Of a stretch of DNA of 64,000 nucleotides, positions 54,124 through 63,020 are shown piece by piece; the first letter of the stretch is position 1, and the number at the start of each line of letters is the position of its first letter. The stretch spans positions 19,812 to 83,811 of IMG/VR virus record IMGVR_UViG_3300031775_000001. One strand, 5' to 3'. The DNA is from a virus (lineage: Duplodnaviria > Caudoviricetes). The translations under genes were made by a program, and so were the position numbers. Under the pieces are notes generated by a model. It had not been told where the DNA came from and did not search any database. It worked only from the letters and a program-made list of their open reading frames with translations.

Positions 54124-54624
54124 TTATATCGCTCCCCAAACCTCGACTATTCCGCACTCCTTGGCGCCGTTACTACTGTCTCCCCCAGTATAAAGAATTC
54201 CCCCGTAACGCTTATATTCATAAACGGAATAACCAACCAATGTCCACGGATAAGTCGCATTAGGATTAGTCTCAGGCAAATTATGAATTGTAGGGTTCTC
54301 ATTAGCATTGCCCTTCAAGTAGGAGGTGCCTTTATCTATTAGGACCTTAACTATATCACTTGAAGAATAATTAGGCACTAATGAATTTAAATTATATTGA
54401 AATCCATTATTGCCGAAAAATTTTGCCACAAATCTGCACTTAAGAACGGGGGTTGATAGCCTAGCCTCTAGAGATGTAATTTGATTTAAAAGGCCTATCT
54501 CTGAAGCCATATCGCTCCACTTGATACTACATGTATCGGTAGTCGAATTAGTCGCCACAACAAAACAATCATCGTCATCCAATGATCCGGTAACAGGCAG
54601 GTTTCTTATCTTCGTATCAGCCAT
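54124..54624 (-). CDS. fibre/virion protein with KISDL-type N-terminal module
   Basis: MADTKIRNLPVTGSL. Confidence 0.6.
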   Translation of the reverse strand: MADTKIRNLPVTGSLDDDDCFVVATNSTTDTCSIKWSDMASEIGLLNQITSLEARLSTPVLKCRFVAKFFGNNGFQYNLNSLVPNYSSSDIVKVLIDKGTSYLKGNANENPTIHNLPETNPNATYPWTLVGYSVYEYKRYGGILYTGGDSSNGAKECGIVEVWGAI

Positions 54625-54628
54625 GGCG

Positions 54629-55021
54629 TTAAAGCTCAGTATAAATTACACCAAGGTCGGATGCATTCTCGGCGGCATCTATGCCCTTTTGAATCTCGGC
54701 GTACTTAGTCCTTATCTTTTGTCTTTGTTTTTCCGCATAAGTGGCTTCGGAAGGAATGGTCATCTTGACGTCCCACTTCGAGAACTTTTCCTCTCGGACT
54801 TCTCGGCGGCGAATATGACATTGCTCCCGGGCTTTATCCAGATTGACGGAAACCTTTTCGCCATTGAGTTCCCATGAATTACGGAAAACCCTGTCTTCAG
54901 GGAGGTCGGAAACCTCCATTATGCAGGCATCATCCAATTTGGAAGCGATTGATTCCACGTCCTGATCAACAGGATAAGTAATGCTAACCCCGGTAGAATT
55001 TTTATGTACGACGACTTTCAT
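54629..55021 (-). CDS. tail fibre assembly/chaperone-like protein
   Basis: DLPEDRVFRNSW...VNLDKAR...RR..R pattern found beside fibre genes in aquatic phages. Confidence 0.55.
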   Translation of the reverse strand: MKVVVHKNSTGVSITYPVDQDVESIASKLDDACIMEVSDLPEDRVFRNSWELNGEKVSVNLDKAREQCHIRRREVREEKFSKWDVKMTIPSEATYAEKQRQKIRTKYAEIQKGIDAAENASDLGVIYTEL

Positions 55022-55023
55022 TT

Positions 55024-56964
55024 TTAAAATACTACCAGATTAACAACTGGAGGATCAACATAACTTCCTAAATTTCCATTACTATCTACTGCATGACAGT
55101 AGATTCTTATTTCTGTCTGATTTTCTACTTCAGGGTGGACTACCACAGTATTGATTGAGCTAATGGAACTTCCAAGCCTCTTAGAGCTGGCAACTGTTAC
55201 CGCATCAGTTACTGCATTAGTTAAGTTAACCCTATAAAATCCAACCCCATTATCCGTTATACTGTCCACATTAAAACTCTTGGTGATGCTTGCCGTCAAA
55301 TCTGCAGAAGTTCCATCAAAGGCGACGTATGCACGGGGGCCGGAACCGCCGCCGGAAGCCGTGCCCGCTGCTAGGACTACGACTTTTATGTAGCAATTGG
55401 CAAAACTTGTCACGGCACTCGTTTCACCGGAACTATCAAACAACAAAGCGCCATCCGATGATAGCTGTAAAGTTAAACTATTAGATGACAAATCTTTTAC
55501 TTGGGCTCCGTATTCCCATGTAAAAGTAGAGGTAACGCCGCCACCGGATGTGATCTCCTGCGCACCACTATCGGATGCCGCAGATGTATTTACATACGCC
55601 TTGACAATAACGTCTGTAGTTCCTAAATTATGAGTAATTGTGTGTGTGCTTCCGTTGGCTACAGCCACGCCACCATGACTCTGTTCCCAGCCTGAACTCC
55701 AAGAGTTATCGGAAGGGATTGGAAGAATCTTACCACTAGCCCTTAGATAGTTGATTCTCGCATAACTTCCGTACAAAACCACGTGTCTATATTGCCAGGT
55801 ACCATCTGAATCAATAGGTATAATCGCCTGCACAGCAGTAGCTGAACGGTCATTGCTGGTTCCATGATGTCTCAGGACCTCTACAGAAGTAGAATTTGAA
55901 TTTGCCCTGACCTCAAAAGCTTGGCCAGTGTTGCCGGCGGTATCTCCATCATATAAACCCATGGATATAATGATATTCTCCGCTCCGGCCCAAGCGGGAT
56001 CACTTGGAACTGTAACCCAAGCTCCTGTGGCATTCGACCAGTTACCGCCGGAAAGGTCGTCGGCAAGGATTTCAACCGTATCAAAAAACTCAATACCTAA
56101 ACCGGGACCGGAAGAGCTTGAAGAACTTGAACCTCCTCCAATGTCTATCGTTGGGGTCGAACCATAAACAGTCAACATACCACCGAAAGTTCCGGGGGGC
56201 AAAAGAGAATTGTCGCTATTTACCCATTTAGTTCTAAAACCGGAAGTGGTTTTTTGATCTATGTCAATTAAATGCTGGTCATATGTTTCTCTATCCGTTA
56301 CTACGTAGTAATCCGTATCCGGTTGAGCAGTGTCAAAGGTCACCTCAACATAACCATTATTATAAGCCCCCCAAGACATTCCAATTCCCGTCCCGGCATT
56401 ATTCGTAAAGATTCTTGCGTGGGCAAATGGTAATATTGCAGAAGTGGTCCCGGAAGAACTTGAACCGCCGCCAGCAATATAACCCTCCACATAAAATTTG
56501 GCAAATGATCCGGATCCCGCGCCGATGATGACGCTTTTTAAGTCTATCGTCGACGTATACGGTATTATGAACGTATTATGAGTCGATCCGGAGCCGTAAC
56601 TATTATCAGCATAAGTATGTGATGCCAACCGTTCCGTTATTTTTGAACTTCTTAAATATACTTTAACATTTCCAGACGTTCCGGATCCCCCGTCAGTTGA
56701 ACCATATGCAGTCACTATTATACCAGACGCAGTACTCGGAATGGTTGATGGTATATCAATGACCTCCCAATCATTTGTGACTGTCCCGGAGGCAAGCATT
56801 TTGTCATATATCTCCGTCTGATCAATATACGCCACCTCCGTACTACCCCCGGTACCTAAATCACTCGCCTTGACACTATAATTCGCCCCGCCGTACTCCA
56901 AAGGGAAAACAGCATCCGCAGGAAGAGATCCTGTAACCGGCAAATCTGATATTTTAGTGCCCAT
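55024..56964 (-). CDS. modular tail fibre / receptor-binding protein
   Basis: MGTKISDL start (trimmed from 57003); several beta-domains joined by GGGSSSS linkers; ITHNLG and SITDNGVG.Y.VN motifs. Confidence 0.7.
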   Translation of the reverse strand: MGTKISDLPVTGSLPADAVFPLEYGGANYSVKASDLGTGGSTEVAYIDQTEIYDKMLASGTVTNDWEVIDIPSTIPSTASGIIVTAYGSTDGGSGTSGNVKVYLRSSKITERLASHTYADNSYGSGSTHNTFIIPYTSTIDLKSVIIGAGSGSFAKFYVEGYIAGGGSSSSGTTSAILPFAHARIFTNNAGTGIGMSWGAYNNGYVEVTFDTAQPDTDYYVVTDRETYDQHLIDIDQKTTSGFRTKWVNSDNSLLPPGTFGGMLTVYGSTPTIDIGGGSSSSSSSGPGLGIEFFDTVEILADDLSGGNWSNATGAWVTVPSDPAWAGAENIIISMGLYDGDTAGNTGQAFEVRANSNSTSVEVLRHHGTSNDRSATAVQAIIPIDSDGTWQYRHVVLYGSYARINYLRASGKILPIPSDNSWSSGWEQSHGGVAVANGSTHTITHNLGTTDVIVKAYVNTSAASDSGAQEITSGGGVTSTFTWEYGAQVKDLSSNSLTLQLSSDGALLFDSSGETSAVTSFANCYIKVVVLAAGTASGGGSGPRAYVAFDGTSADLTASITKSFNVDSITDNGVGFYRVNLTNAVTDAVTVASSKRLGSSISSINTVVVHPEVENQTEIRIYCHAVDSNGNLGSYVDPPVVNLVVF

Positions 56965-56969
56965 TGAGT

Positions 56970-57467
56970 TTATAAGTCTATAGCCGTAGCAAAAACCGTC
57001 CAAACACTGCCGAAGTTTTGTTTTACGTTCAAATAGATATTCTCAGCCCCATCTCCATGAAAATGTATCGTCTTCGGTTGCGGGTCCGTTGACCAATTAG
57101 TAGAGATAACAGTCGTTGTTGTCGGGATTGGTGTATTATTACTCAACCCTTGAAAACCGTTGGATGGCTCGCCCCAGCCCTGAAGAGCAAAAGTCTGAGT
57201 CCCTTCGTCCACAATTAACAGAAGGGTGGCGGCATGTACGGCAGGCGCCCAAAGAAAAATCATTGTGCGGCGTCCACTAGGCAATGAATAAGAAAACTCA
57301 GGCCCGTTCCCGGTGTTGAACTGATGAGTGGTCACTCCCAACCCGCCGCTAAAGCCCCCGACATTAGAAGGGGCCACCTTATAATTCTCCCCATTGTGAG
57401 CCAAAGGAATATAAGAATCCGCCGGGGCGCTCCCGGTGGTAGTCATCTCTGATATTTTAATACCCAT
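56970..57467 (-). CDS. fibre/virion protein with KISDL-type N-terminal module
   Basis: MGIKISEMTTTGSA; GTGTAA motif upstream. Confidence 0.6.
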   Translation of the reverse strand: MGIKISEMTTTGSAPADSYIPLAHNGENYKVAPSNVGGFSGGLGVTTHQFNTGNGPEFSYSLPSGRRTMIFLWAPAVHAATLLLIVDEGTQTFALQGWGEPSNGFQGLSNNTPIPTTTTVISTNWSTDPQPKTIHFHGDGAENIYLNVKQNFGSVWTVFATAIDL

Positions 57468-57490
57468 CTTCAGTTAGTGTTACACTTTTT

Positions 57491-58051
57491 TTAGGAACAA
57501 ACAGCCAAATCAAGAGAATTAACCCCATCCGCCAATAAAATACAACTCGCATCGACCAATTCTATGCAACAAGTGGCGCAAGATTCAGCATCAACAGTGC
57601 TTTCGCCCTCAGTCAAGACACAACCCAAGGAACCTTCCGAATCTATGCAACAAGAAGTATCTTGCCCCCCACAAGAAATAGTATCTCCGGAACTAGTCAC
57701 ACAATCATCAAGCAAAAGATTATCACCGGAATCCATAAGGACGTATGATCCGTCATCCATTAAAATAGAACAGGAAGAACTAGTAATAAAGGTGTCACCA
57801 TTATGAGTCCCCAATGAACAAGCATCTCCACACAGCATGGCGTAAAATTCACTCATGCTATAAGGAGCGGCAAAATCTCCATTCGGGAATTCAATCCCTT
57901 CGTTCTGAGCCAGTTCCACCAAGGCCTTCAAGGAATAAGGAGCATCAGGAGAGGTTCCCCCGCAATATCCTATAAAATAAGATATGGATTTATCCGTACC
58001 CAAGGAATCCCCTAGGGAAATTGGTCCGTCAGTTGGAAAATTGTCAGGCAT
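57491..58051 (-). CDS. Cys-rich acidic virion-like protein
   Basis: GPISLG, APYSMSEFY motif, I/L-x-x-D-G repeats. Confidence 0.6.
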   Translation of the reverse strand: MPDNFPTDGPISLGDSLGTDKSISYFIGYCGGTSPDAPYSLKALVELAQNEGIEFPNGDFAAPYSMSEFYAMLCGDACSLGTHNGDTFITSSSCSILMDDGSYVLMDSGDNLLLDDCVTSSGDTISCGGQDTSCCIDSEGSLGCVLTEGESTVDAESCATCCIELVDASCILLADGVNSLDLAVCS

Positions 58052-58095
58052 GATACAAATAATAAGAGATACTATCCCTCATTACTTAATTACAC

Positions 58096-58548
58096 CTACG
58101 GGATCGTTACAGAGGTTTTTGTGGAAGAAGTTTTTACGAGGTCACTAAAATCTTCTACGCCTGTATATTTAAAAATAGAACAATTGATAGTATAATCATC
58201 TGCTCCTAAATCTTGAGTCACGACAGTGGTTAATAAACTTCCGTTCTCCCATTTTATTCTTTCTTCCGGCAATTCTATTCCGCAAGATGAATCAACAATA
58301 GTATAAGCCCAATCATGATCTTCAGAATCAAGCAAATCCGAATGAATGGTTATTTCTATCTTGGAAGTATTGGAATATCTTTCAGCTATGATGCAAAAAC
58401 CTTCGGGGTCTTCAACGACAGGATTGTGCTCCATGTCGTAAAACTCCGACATCTTGTGCGGAGCCGAATAAGAAGACCCGGCCTTCTTTAGTTCTACCCC
58501 CTTCCCTTCAGCGTCGGAAAAAAGGCCCGTTAAGCTGACTTGGGGCAT
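58096..58548 (-). CDS. virion-like protein with Ig-like C-terminus
   Basis: APHKMSEFY motif shared with 57491..58051. Confidence 0.55.
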   Translation of the reverse strand: MPQVSLTGLFSDAEGKGVELKKAGSSYSAPHKMSEFYDMEHNPVVEDPEGFCIIAERYSNTSKIEITIHSDLLDSEDHDWAYTIVDSSCGIELPEERIKWENGSLLTTVVTQDLGADDYTINCSIFKYTGVEDFSDLVKTSSTKTSVTIP

Positions 58549-58557
58549 TGTGAAATC

Positions 58558-60015
58558 TTACAATACGGGAGATACTGGAAGAATATCAGTCGCAGGAACA
58601 AGAAAGAAACTAGTGGCCATAGTATTTCTAATAGCTGGCCAGGAGGCATTGTGCTGTACGCTTTGGTACTCCAAAAAATAAATAGTATTATTCGCGTTCA
58701 TGCCCGAATTATCTGCTCGTCCCTGTTCAGGGGCCGACGTCCAGTGAGCATCCCATTCCCCCCCGGTAGCCGGAGACGTAAGCATGCCGTCTGCCTGCCC
58801 TTTTGTACAGGAAAGGGGTTTTGCTCCGTAACCCCAACATCCACCTACGTTGGTATTGTAATTCGAATATACAGCATACGGAGCATCGTTGTAGTCACTT
58901 TGGTCGCGAATGTAACTATGATGAAGGTAATGAGGAACCCTCATAATAGGTGAAAGACCACCTACTTCACCAACTGTTGATGTTAAATCCTGAACGGAGC
59001 CCATGGATGGAAAAGCATCATTAATAAGAAGGGGAGTACTAAAATTATTTCCAGCATCTTTAACCGTTTCATTAAGAAGGAAATACGACCAACTCGCGGA
59101 GCCGCCGCTGGTAAGGGACCTTGTTGCCCCAACAACAAACCAAATACCGGGAACCGCAACAGATACACTACTCGCATGATAACCGGAGGTGGAATAAGAG
59201 TGAGCGCTACTCCCCCAAACGCTACCTGCTCCAGCGTTTCGGTACTCATTTTCTGAATACCCATTCGCGGATGAATGATTGGAGGAATGGTAATTATAAA
59301 ATAACGGAGCAGAAGGATCCAAGTGCATTCTGGGAGGCTTATTGATAGACATTGAGCCCAATGGGTTTGCCGCAGTACTATAATCCCAGCCGGGAGTCGC
59401 GGGGCTATTCTCTGAAAAAATGTGTTTATTCGTCGCTCCACCAAGATTTTTGTCATTACCGTCGGTACCAATGGGTCCAACGATAAAGGGCTCCACCGTA
59501 TCAATTCTAATAGTACCTCCTGTAAGAACAAGAGCACTACCGGCAGACGGACTATACGCAGGCTGAGCTCCTTGAATTTGTACAGTGTCACCAACCTTAT
59601 ACATTTGACCGGGATTCACGATATCCAAGGCCGTAATTTCACCGTTGAGGATGGAGACAACTTTCAAGTGCAATCCTTTGGCTATATAATCCTTGGGATT
59701 ATACCCATGACTTTCATCGGATGTAGCCCTTGGGACGTTAATTGATTTATGGGTAGCGATAAATATATCACCCACGGAAACCGGTGGACTACCGCTTGCC
59801 TCGGCAGGATTTTCATCGATTGAGATTTTACTTGGAACTCCATACAAGGAGGTTTTTTGTAAAAATCCTCCCGGGGCGTCTCCGTCTCCTGCCGGAGCCT
59901 CAATTAATTGGCAATACTGACTGACGCTCATTTTAGTTGTTACGCCTTCTTTAACCACTGGAAAAATGGAATCAGACGATGGATTTAAGGATGTAAGATC
60001 TGTAATTCTTGTCAT
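58558..60015 (-). CDS. fibre-like protein, paralog 1 of 3
   Basis: RITDL; AKGLHLKVVS...IVNPGQMYKVGD; NLGGA. Confidence 0.7.
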   Translation of the reverse strand: MTRITDLTSLNPSSDSIFPVVKEGVTTKMSVSQYCQLIEAPAGDGDAPGGFLQKTSLYGVPSKISIDENPAEASGSPPVSVGDIFIATHKSINVPRATSDESHGYNPKDYIAKGLHLKVVSILNGEITALDIVNPGQMYKVGDTVQIQGAQPAYSPSAGSALVLTGGTIRIDTVEPFIVGPIGTDGNDKNLGGATNKHIFSENSPATPGWDYSTAANPLGSMSINKPPRMHLDPSAPLFYNYHSSNHSSANGYSENEYRNAGAGSVWGSSAHSYSTSGYHASSVSVAVPGIWFVVGATRSLTSGGSASWSYFLLNETVKDAGNNFSTPLLINDAFPSMGSVQDLTSTVGEVGGLSPIMRVPHYLHHSYIRDQSDYNDAPYAVYSNYNTNVGGCWGYGAKPLSCTKGQADGMLTSPATGGEWDAHWTSAPEQGRADNSGMNANNTIYFLEYQSVQHNASWPAIRNTMATSFFLVPATDILPVSPVL

Positions 60016-60040
60016 GACTTAAGATTTTAATTATTATAAT

Positions 60041-61405
60041 TTAACTAACCGAAGGTAATATGGCATATGCGGGAACGCAATAGAAACTATGACAGAATGA
60101 ACCATTTGTTATTCTTGTATCGAAAAATGCGGTTCTGTCTATATGGCTTCCTCCTCGGGCAGCAGGAGTGAGCATAGCATCCCACACGCCGAAAAACTTT
60201 CTGGAGCTAAAGCTCCCTCCGGCGGGAGCATATAAGCCCCAATTCGTAGCATCCGTTTCGAGAAAACTAGGAAGAGATCCCATGTTATTCTTGGCATCAG
60301 TAAAAGTTGATTCAATATTTTTTGAACAATAAGTCAAACAAGAATTGGCATAACTACCCATTGAATTAAAATCTCCACGGAGGTCGGAAAGAGAGGTATG
60401 GGCATTGAAATTTACATTGATTACTCTCGCACCCCCAACATTCATAGCAGATGTACTAGTGTCGGAATAAACGTTCCCTGCAGACGGAATTAACGAATCA
60501 GACAAAGCAGGCACTTGGGTATTAGCAGCCGTATAGCTAAATCCGGATGTGCCGCCCTCCTTGGTGTCGGAAGCAATTTTTGTATGATGGACCAAAAACC
60601 AATGGCCAGGAAGGGCAATTGAAAGTTGCCCGTTGCTTGTGGAGTTATGCCTAGGCCCCAACCACGTCGATCTTGTTCCTGATTGATGCCAATCTTCATT
60701 GTCAATCTTATTAAAGGTTTCTTGAAATAAAGTTGCGGAAGAATCCTCTTGCATTACGTACCCTTTTAATCCATCCGCATTCGTTATTCCTGTGTTCGGG
60801 TCATGAGGAGTAGATACTCCATTATCGTATAAATTTTGAACACTACCCCCCAGGTTATATTGAATGCCGTAGCCGACAACGAAAGGGTTAACTTCGGTAA
60901 CCTTGATTTTACATAATTCGGTTATTGTCGTGTCTGTTTCTCCCGAACCTGAGGTATTATAATGAACTTTCCATGGACTTACTTCCAGCAAGTCCCCGAC
61001 CTTGTATAATTGACCTGGATTAGTTATTTCCAGAGAAGTTACAGCACCCGAAGCCCCTACCGTCACAACCCTTACGTGCAATCCTCTTGCGATAAACCTT
61101 TGGCAATTATAAGTGGCATTATTTATTCCCGGGACTTTATTGAATGAAGTATCATCATGAGCCGCAGCATATGTAATATCGGCGGTGTAATTAGCTCCTC
61201 CCGATTCGATAGAAACCGAAGCGACAGTTCCATACATTTCATCAGGAGAAACCAAACCCCCGAAGGTGCTTGAACTACCACCCGTATTACAAACCCCATT
61301 TAAGTTTCCTACGGTGGCCTTATATGTCGCATTATTTGATACAACCGGCAAGACAGCCGAATTATCAACAGAAGTGTTTATATTTAATTGACTTATTTTT
61401 GTCAT
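60041..61405 (-). CDS. fibre-like protein, paralog 2 of 3
   Basis: KISQL; ARGLHVRVVT...ITNPGQLYKVGD; NLGG. Confidence 0.7.
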   Translation of the reverse strand: MTKISQLNINTSVDNSAVLPVVSNNATYKATVGNLNGVCNTGGSSSTFGGLVSPDEMYGTVASVSIESGGANYTADITYAAAHDDTSFNKVPGINNATYNCQRFIARGLHVRVVTVGASGAVTSLEITNPGQLYKVGDLLEVSPWKVHYNTSGSGETDTTITELCKIKVTEVNPFVVGYGIQYNLGGSVQNLYDNGVSTPHDPNTGITNADGLKGYVMQEDSSATLFQETFNKIDNEDWHQSGTRSTWLGPRHNSTSNGQLSIALPGHWFLVHHTKIASDTKEGGTSGFSYTAANTQVPALSDSLIPSAGNVYSDTSTSAMNVGGARVINVNFNAHTSLSDLRGDFNSMGSYANSCLTYCSKNIESTFTDAKNNMGSLPSFLETDATNWGLYAPAGGSFSSRKFFGVWDAMLTPAARGGSHIDRTAFFDTRITNGSFCHSFYCVPAYAILPSVS

Positions 61406-61425
61406 GTCTAATTATATTTATTGAT

Positions 61426-62952
61426 TTAAATAGAGAACTGAGGTAATAGTTTATATGTGGGAACCAAGTAGAAACTATTACAAAAATATAGCCAACTGTC
61501 GACAGTGTCTGAATCATTATAGCCGGCGGACTTAAGTCCAAAAATGGTATTATTAAAATTAGTATTTGGAGTGGGAGTTCCGGCAGCTTGGCCCCTGTAG
61601 TTTCCCCCTGACGAAGTATCCCAAATCCCTTTTAAGTTTGTACCGTTTAAATTATAAATTAATGGATAGCGAAGCGTCGCCCCCATCAACACGTTTGCGT
61701 CGGTTTTATTTTGGGATAATTGTTTAGAAGAATATTTCCACACGGAAATATCCATATTTACTTTGAAGCCTGGATAATCCTCGTAGGTGTTGTAGTAGGC
61801 GGTGCTGTGAGAGCCGGAATTTGGAGCCTCAACACGAGTATATATAATAGTATCACTGCCAGAAGGAATTGGTTTAATTCCCGATATGTCCAAAGCTTCA
61901 TCTGCCCCGGGAGCATCAACCAAGTCAGGAAATCCCGAGCCGGCGCCAAGAATTGGGTGCTCCCAATTGGGATTTGAAATTGAATCTGAATCAAGATCGA
62001 AGTCTACGCCGCTGGTCGAGGCTATGCATCGAGATATATAGACAACCGCCCAAGACCCCGGAACTGCACATGATATACTTTGTTGATAGTAATTGTCTCC
62101 CTCGTTTATCCCTGGGCTCATTCTAACGCTTTTGCCACCGTTAGAATGAAAAGCTTTATTTGAATCTGAGACATTGGACCAAGCTTGATTATAATTATTC
62201 TGAAAATATAAAGGAGATGCAGGATCATCATGCATTGCATACCCAACGTCTGGAGATGCATCTGATCCATCATAGGCGTGTGGGGAAGATGCGTTTGAAC
62301 TCAAAATATCAATACATCCATCATTCGTCGCTCCTCCCAAATTATAACCACTTGAGCCGGACTGATTAATGGCCCCGCAAATAAAAGGATTTACTTTTGT
62401 TATTTTTACCCTAGCATTAGGGTGTGTAAGGCTGGACTTATCGTCTACGCTACTACTATTGGAAGCTAAAATTCTCGTTATTTGTAATTCATCTCCAACT
62501 TTATATAATTGACCCGGAGTAACTATCTCAACACCAGCCACGCCGTATTTGTTGGTAACTGAAGTTACTTTTAAGCTCAATCCTCTTGCTACGTATGGAG
62601 AAGCGTCGAAATCACCACCATTGGTATTTGCGCCGGGAACGTCTCTTATTGTGGAATGCGCACACAAGTAAATCCCGCCTGCTCTATAGCCCGAATCTGA
62701 AACATTAGAATCTCCCTCGAAAGTTATAGTTAAGTTTTGGGGGACTCCATAAAGACAATCGCTTTGAATAAAACCTGATGGAGCACTTGAGCTTGACCCG
62801 CTAACCGCATTGGAAATCATAGACTGAAGGGGAACCTTGTAGGTAGTTCCGCCTGCCACAACAGGAGCTACTGCCGCCTTCCATTCAGCTTTATCATTCT
62901 CTGCGATAGGCTGTCCGTTATTAGAAGCTGGTAAATCACTAATTTTGGTCAT
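61426..62952 (-). CDS. fibre-like protein, paralog 3 of 3
   Basis: KISDL; ARGLSLKVTS...IVTPGQLYKVGD; NLGGA. Confidence 0.7.
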   Translation of the reverse strand: MTKISDLPASNNGQPIAENDKAEWKAAVAPVVAGGTTYKVPLQSMISNAVSGSSSSAPSGFIQSDCLYGVPQNLTITFEGDSNVSDSGYRAGGIYLCAHSTIRDVPGANTNGGDFDASPYVARGLSLKVTSVTNKYGVAGVEIVTPGQLYKVGDELQITRILASNSSSVDDKSSLTHPNARVKITKVNPFICGAINQSGSSGYNLGGATNDGCIDILSSNASSPHAYDGSDASPDVGYAMHDDPASPLYFQNNYNQAWSNVSDSNKAFHSNGGKSVRMSPGINEGDNYYQQSISCAVPGSWAVVYISRCIASTSGVDFDLDSDSISNPNWEHPILGAGSGFPDLVDAPGADEALDISGIKPIPSGSDTIIYTRVEAPNSGSHSTAYYNTYEDYPGFKVNMDISVWKYSSKQLSQNKTDANVLMGATLRYPLIYNLNGTNLKGIWDTSSGGNYRGQAAGTPTPNTNFNNTIFGLKSAGYNDSDTVDSWLYFCNSFYLVPTYKLLPQFSI

Positions 62953-63020
62953 TTCTTTTAAAAAGTGTTAGATTTGTTATTTATAGATACACGAACAAAC
63001 AAAAAAGTGTATATAAAATT

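Noticed and set aside
37-62369. Many short plus-strand and nested ORFs in the track (e.g. 37..339, 630..866, 13623..14018, 58540..58953)
   Set aside because: Antisense or off-frame shadows of longer co-oriented genes, with no recognisable motifs; only 46233..46886 and 63021.. are accepted on the plus strand.
53428-62952. Diversity-generating retroelement or invertible fibre cassette
   Set aside because: No reverse transcriptase, recombinase, TR/VR pair or inverted repeats seen; paralogy is at protein level only.
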